Source of the DNA: Oopsacas minuta
Taxonomy: Eukaryota; Animalia; Porifera
Reading direction: 5' to 3'
DNA length: 54,392 nucleotides
Assembly (NCBI GenBank): GCA_024704765.1
Contig: JAKMXF010000043.1
Coordinates: 1 to 54,392, forward strand
In this document: one piece after another, positions 51,637-54,392 of the stretch
Numbering within the stretch: the stretch's first letter is position 1
How the letters are laid out: every line of letters begins with the position of its first letter
Position numbers and translations under genes: made by a program
The notes under the pieces: model-generated
What the model saw: only the letters and a program-made list of their open reading frames with translations
Told to the model about the DNA's origin: nothing
Database searches by the model: none

Positions 51637-52003
51637 AATCTCATGAGCAGTACCTTAGTTAGTTAGCAGTAGGAACAGCTGAAATAACGCATCAGAAACT
51701 ACGCAGAATTTCTAATTGGATTTACATGGCTCAATAGTAACTTAAATATGATGTCGGAATATGAATTAATGCGGTCACTGACACTCTCAGGAACACTTGG
51801 GATTTTGTATAGGACTATTCATGACATAACGATATGCTACTATTTCATTGGTCTATATTAGTGCTCCATGGGATTATCCACGACTCTGTTTATCGTCTAT
51901 ATGTTACAGCCTTACAGGGGATAAATATACGGAGCAGCTCAGTGTAGCATTTGAGTGTATGTCTTAAACAAGTCGAATCGAGTAATAGTGAATTCATTAA
52001 ATA

Positions 52004-52205
52004 CTAGCGCGCTTCGCTCGCTCCCGCTACGCGGTTGTGAACACTTCGTGTCCACAATCGGGCCTACGGCCCTCGAGTACATAAACTTATAATCTTAACC
52101 GTAGCAAACATGATACTGCCCTTTAAATCTGCTCACTTTATGTCCTCAAATGTGAACAAATATTTATAAAGTGTTGTTTAGATTATCATATTCGAATCAG
52201 TATAT
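52004..52205 (-). mobile_element. Helitron 3' portion (5'-truncated)
   Basis: Minus strand ends ...GAGGGCCGTAGGCCCGA...GCGAGCGAAGCGCGCTAG|T (canonical CTAG-T). Aligns by eye with about 50745-50953. Confidence 0.75.
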
Positions 52206-54392
52206 TCGATTACCAGTACAATGTTGTTTTGTTGTCGTTATTTAGTGTAACGTTTGGTTCTGGACAGCTTTATATCATATTCAGTAGTTGTTTACCATTG
52301 TGTTTCATTAGCATTGTTGTTAAGATCATTGTCCAATAACCTGCTGCCCTCGCTTCGATTCCCACTCCTGTCTTTACTTTTTAACTGTAGACTCCCCAAA
52401 AATTGAATAATTTACATGATTCTTGAATTTTTCCGTGATTTTAATATACTTAACACTATTATGGGCAAATACTGTACAGCTGAGCTGTTAATAATACATG
52501 TAAATATTACTTAATCAATCTCTGAGAATCGCATATCTCACCTATAAAACAAAATCTAATCCCAATGTGTCTGTTATGGGGAGACTTCACTGTGTTGTAA
52601 TTACTCAGACCCAGGTTGCCAAAATCAGACTGTGTCTGGTGCATTGCGGTATTTACACGGAGGTCAGGGGGGAACGTAGCCCCCCTTGCAAAGAATACGG
52701 AACCCAGAGCTGCACTACCAGTCTGTTGGCCCTAATGGCATGGACGATGTACAACCTCCGTACGTACGTCCGCGCGGCCGTGCAACATCTAGCAGTCCGA
52801 TTAACATGAAAATTGGCATACAAATACATTTTGGGTGGGAGATTTGCACCTCGGGTATGAATATTTTCTAAAGTGAATATTTCACACTTTTGATAATGAA
52901 TCATAATTTCACACCTTTCCATGTAAAATCAAAAGCAAGCTAGAGATTAGGTTTCATCATGTTTCCAGGGGTCATTGGGTGCGTCTAGTCGGATTTTGAG
53001 ATTTTTTGAGAGCTCGAAAGTAAGTAATTTACAGATTTATCATATGATTAACCATAACATCACACCTTTTGCTAATATTTCTAAAATCATGCTAGAGATT
53101 GCTTTAACTCCTAGTTAGGGGTGATCGAGTATGTAGATTTTCAATTTTATACTTTTAAATCTCTTACTCAATGATTAATCATATCATTAATCAAATTTTC
53201 ACAGCTTTTTGTACATATTTCAAATTGATGGTAGAGATTTGTTTCAATAGTCATACATGAGGTAATTGGAGAATAATTATTTAGAATTTTATCGATAGGA
53301 TTTGAGGATAAAACATGAAGTTCAGTAGGGGATAAATAATATGGATAATCCTCCAATATTTATCAGATCCAGGAACCCAAAATCAGTCAGATCTGGGGCA
53401 TTGCGACATGTACACAGGGTCAGGGGGTGCATGCCCCCAGGAAAGAACAATAAATATTACCTTAAGCTGCACTATCAGTCTGTCAGCTGGGCACTTTTTT
53501 GTTGTTTATGAAGAAGTTGTTGATGTATCATATGTGGCTACAGTTTATAGCAACAAATTGCAACGAATATACCTCCATCAAAATATTGTTTAGGATTCCA
53601 AATGAGACTCAATTCCACTTCAACTTCAAGATAATACAATATAAGAAATATGATAGAGTTAGAGATATGAATATATAGTAGAACTATTGAAACCCGATAT
53701 ACTCAATATATTAGTCATTGCACCAGTGGCTGCTCAATTGCAGCCACAATATACTGAATATTGTTAATTATCTATTTGATGCAAAATTAATATTAATGAA
53801 AAATGTAGTAATTTTACTAGTGGGATAAGCTTTTGCACACGAACAATAACAATTGACAATGAAGAAGGAATTTAGAATATGGAAAAATAAAGAAAGAAAT
53901 ATATAACAAAATTTCAGAACAAAAATGAGATGCTTTAAAGATAATTAGCAAAAATTAAGGCAATATTTTATGAAACTCCAAGAAAACATAAAATTGTGCA
54001 GAAAATGTTAGAAAGTTGGTAGGACAGTAGCCAGAAACAGGGGTATGGAGCGAAAAAAGTGTGGAAAGAAAAAAGAAAAAGTATACGAATAGTTGGTTAA
54101 GGGCAATGGCTTGTTTTAAGACTAGACAGTACATATATTATATATCTTTATAACTCACTCTGTATTACTAAATGCGCGGGTAAGATTGAGTTGCAAAAGT
54201 ATGTTACTACTAAGAGAGCTAGGGCCCGGGCAGAGAGAAAGAGTGATTGAGTAATATTGGTGAATTGAAATAATTAATGAAGAGAGAGAACTAAGAAATA
54301 TGGATTGGATTTGGTATAGTCGTGTTGTGCGACGAGTTGATCAAATGAATCTAGGTAATTTGTGTCCATACAGCAATTGTAAATTATTAAGG

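Noticed and set aside
52345-52375. tRNA T-loop-like CTTCGATTCCCACTCC
   Set aside because: No D arm, anticodon arm or acceptor stem can be folded.
1-54392. CRISPR array, rRNA or prokaryotic defence system
   Set aside because: No repeat-spacer array or rRNA signature. The sequence is spliceosomal-intron-containing animal DNA.

Overview
AT-rich eukaryotic (animal) genomic DNA with compact genes and short GT-AG introns (smallest about 53-57 bp). The gene-family mix (RNF213 paralogue debris, a MAT-starting coiled-coil ORF, an intronless Eph-like ORF, dense MITEs) suggests a sponge, most likely a glass sponge. That is inference, not a database result. The left ~12 kb is mostly debris: the 5' end of a coiled-coil gene, a mariner fragment, an intronless sugar-porter pseudogene, the C-terminal exons of an RNF213-like gene followed by the N-terminal exon of another, and many MITE/Helitron pieces. 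Eight intact genes follow, each model summing to a whole number of codons. On +: SNRPE (91 aa), FKBP4-like (9 exons, 467 aa), RASSF8-like (4 exons, 379 aa), astacin + 5xTSP1 (10 exons, 589 aa), SLF2/FAM178-like (5 exons, 513 aa) and an Eph-like ectodomain+TM ORF (593 aa). On -: SLC27/FATP (6 exons, 639 aa) and VWA5A-like (2 exons, 816 aa). The right end is a Helitron-rich tract. Best leads: (1) an intact but apparently catalytically dead astacin (HQxxH, Met-turn Tyr to Ser, one disulfide pair lost); (2) a kinase-less Eph-like receptor; (3) splice-acceptor-like motifs just before most start codons in tightly spaced co-directional genes, compatible with trans-splicing/operons; (4) RNF213 tail-before-head order; (5) a decayed antisense gene nested in a RASSF intron; (6) a microsatellite-carrying Helitron family with ~100-bp mini elements. 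No rRNA, tRNA or CRISPR array could be supported. All protein identifications rest on recalled family motifs, not on searches.
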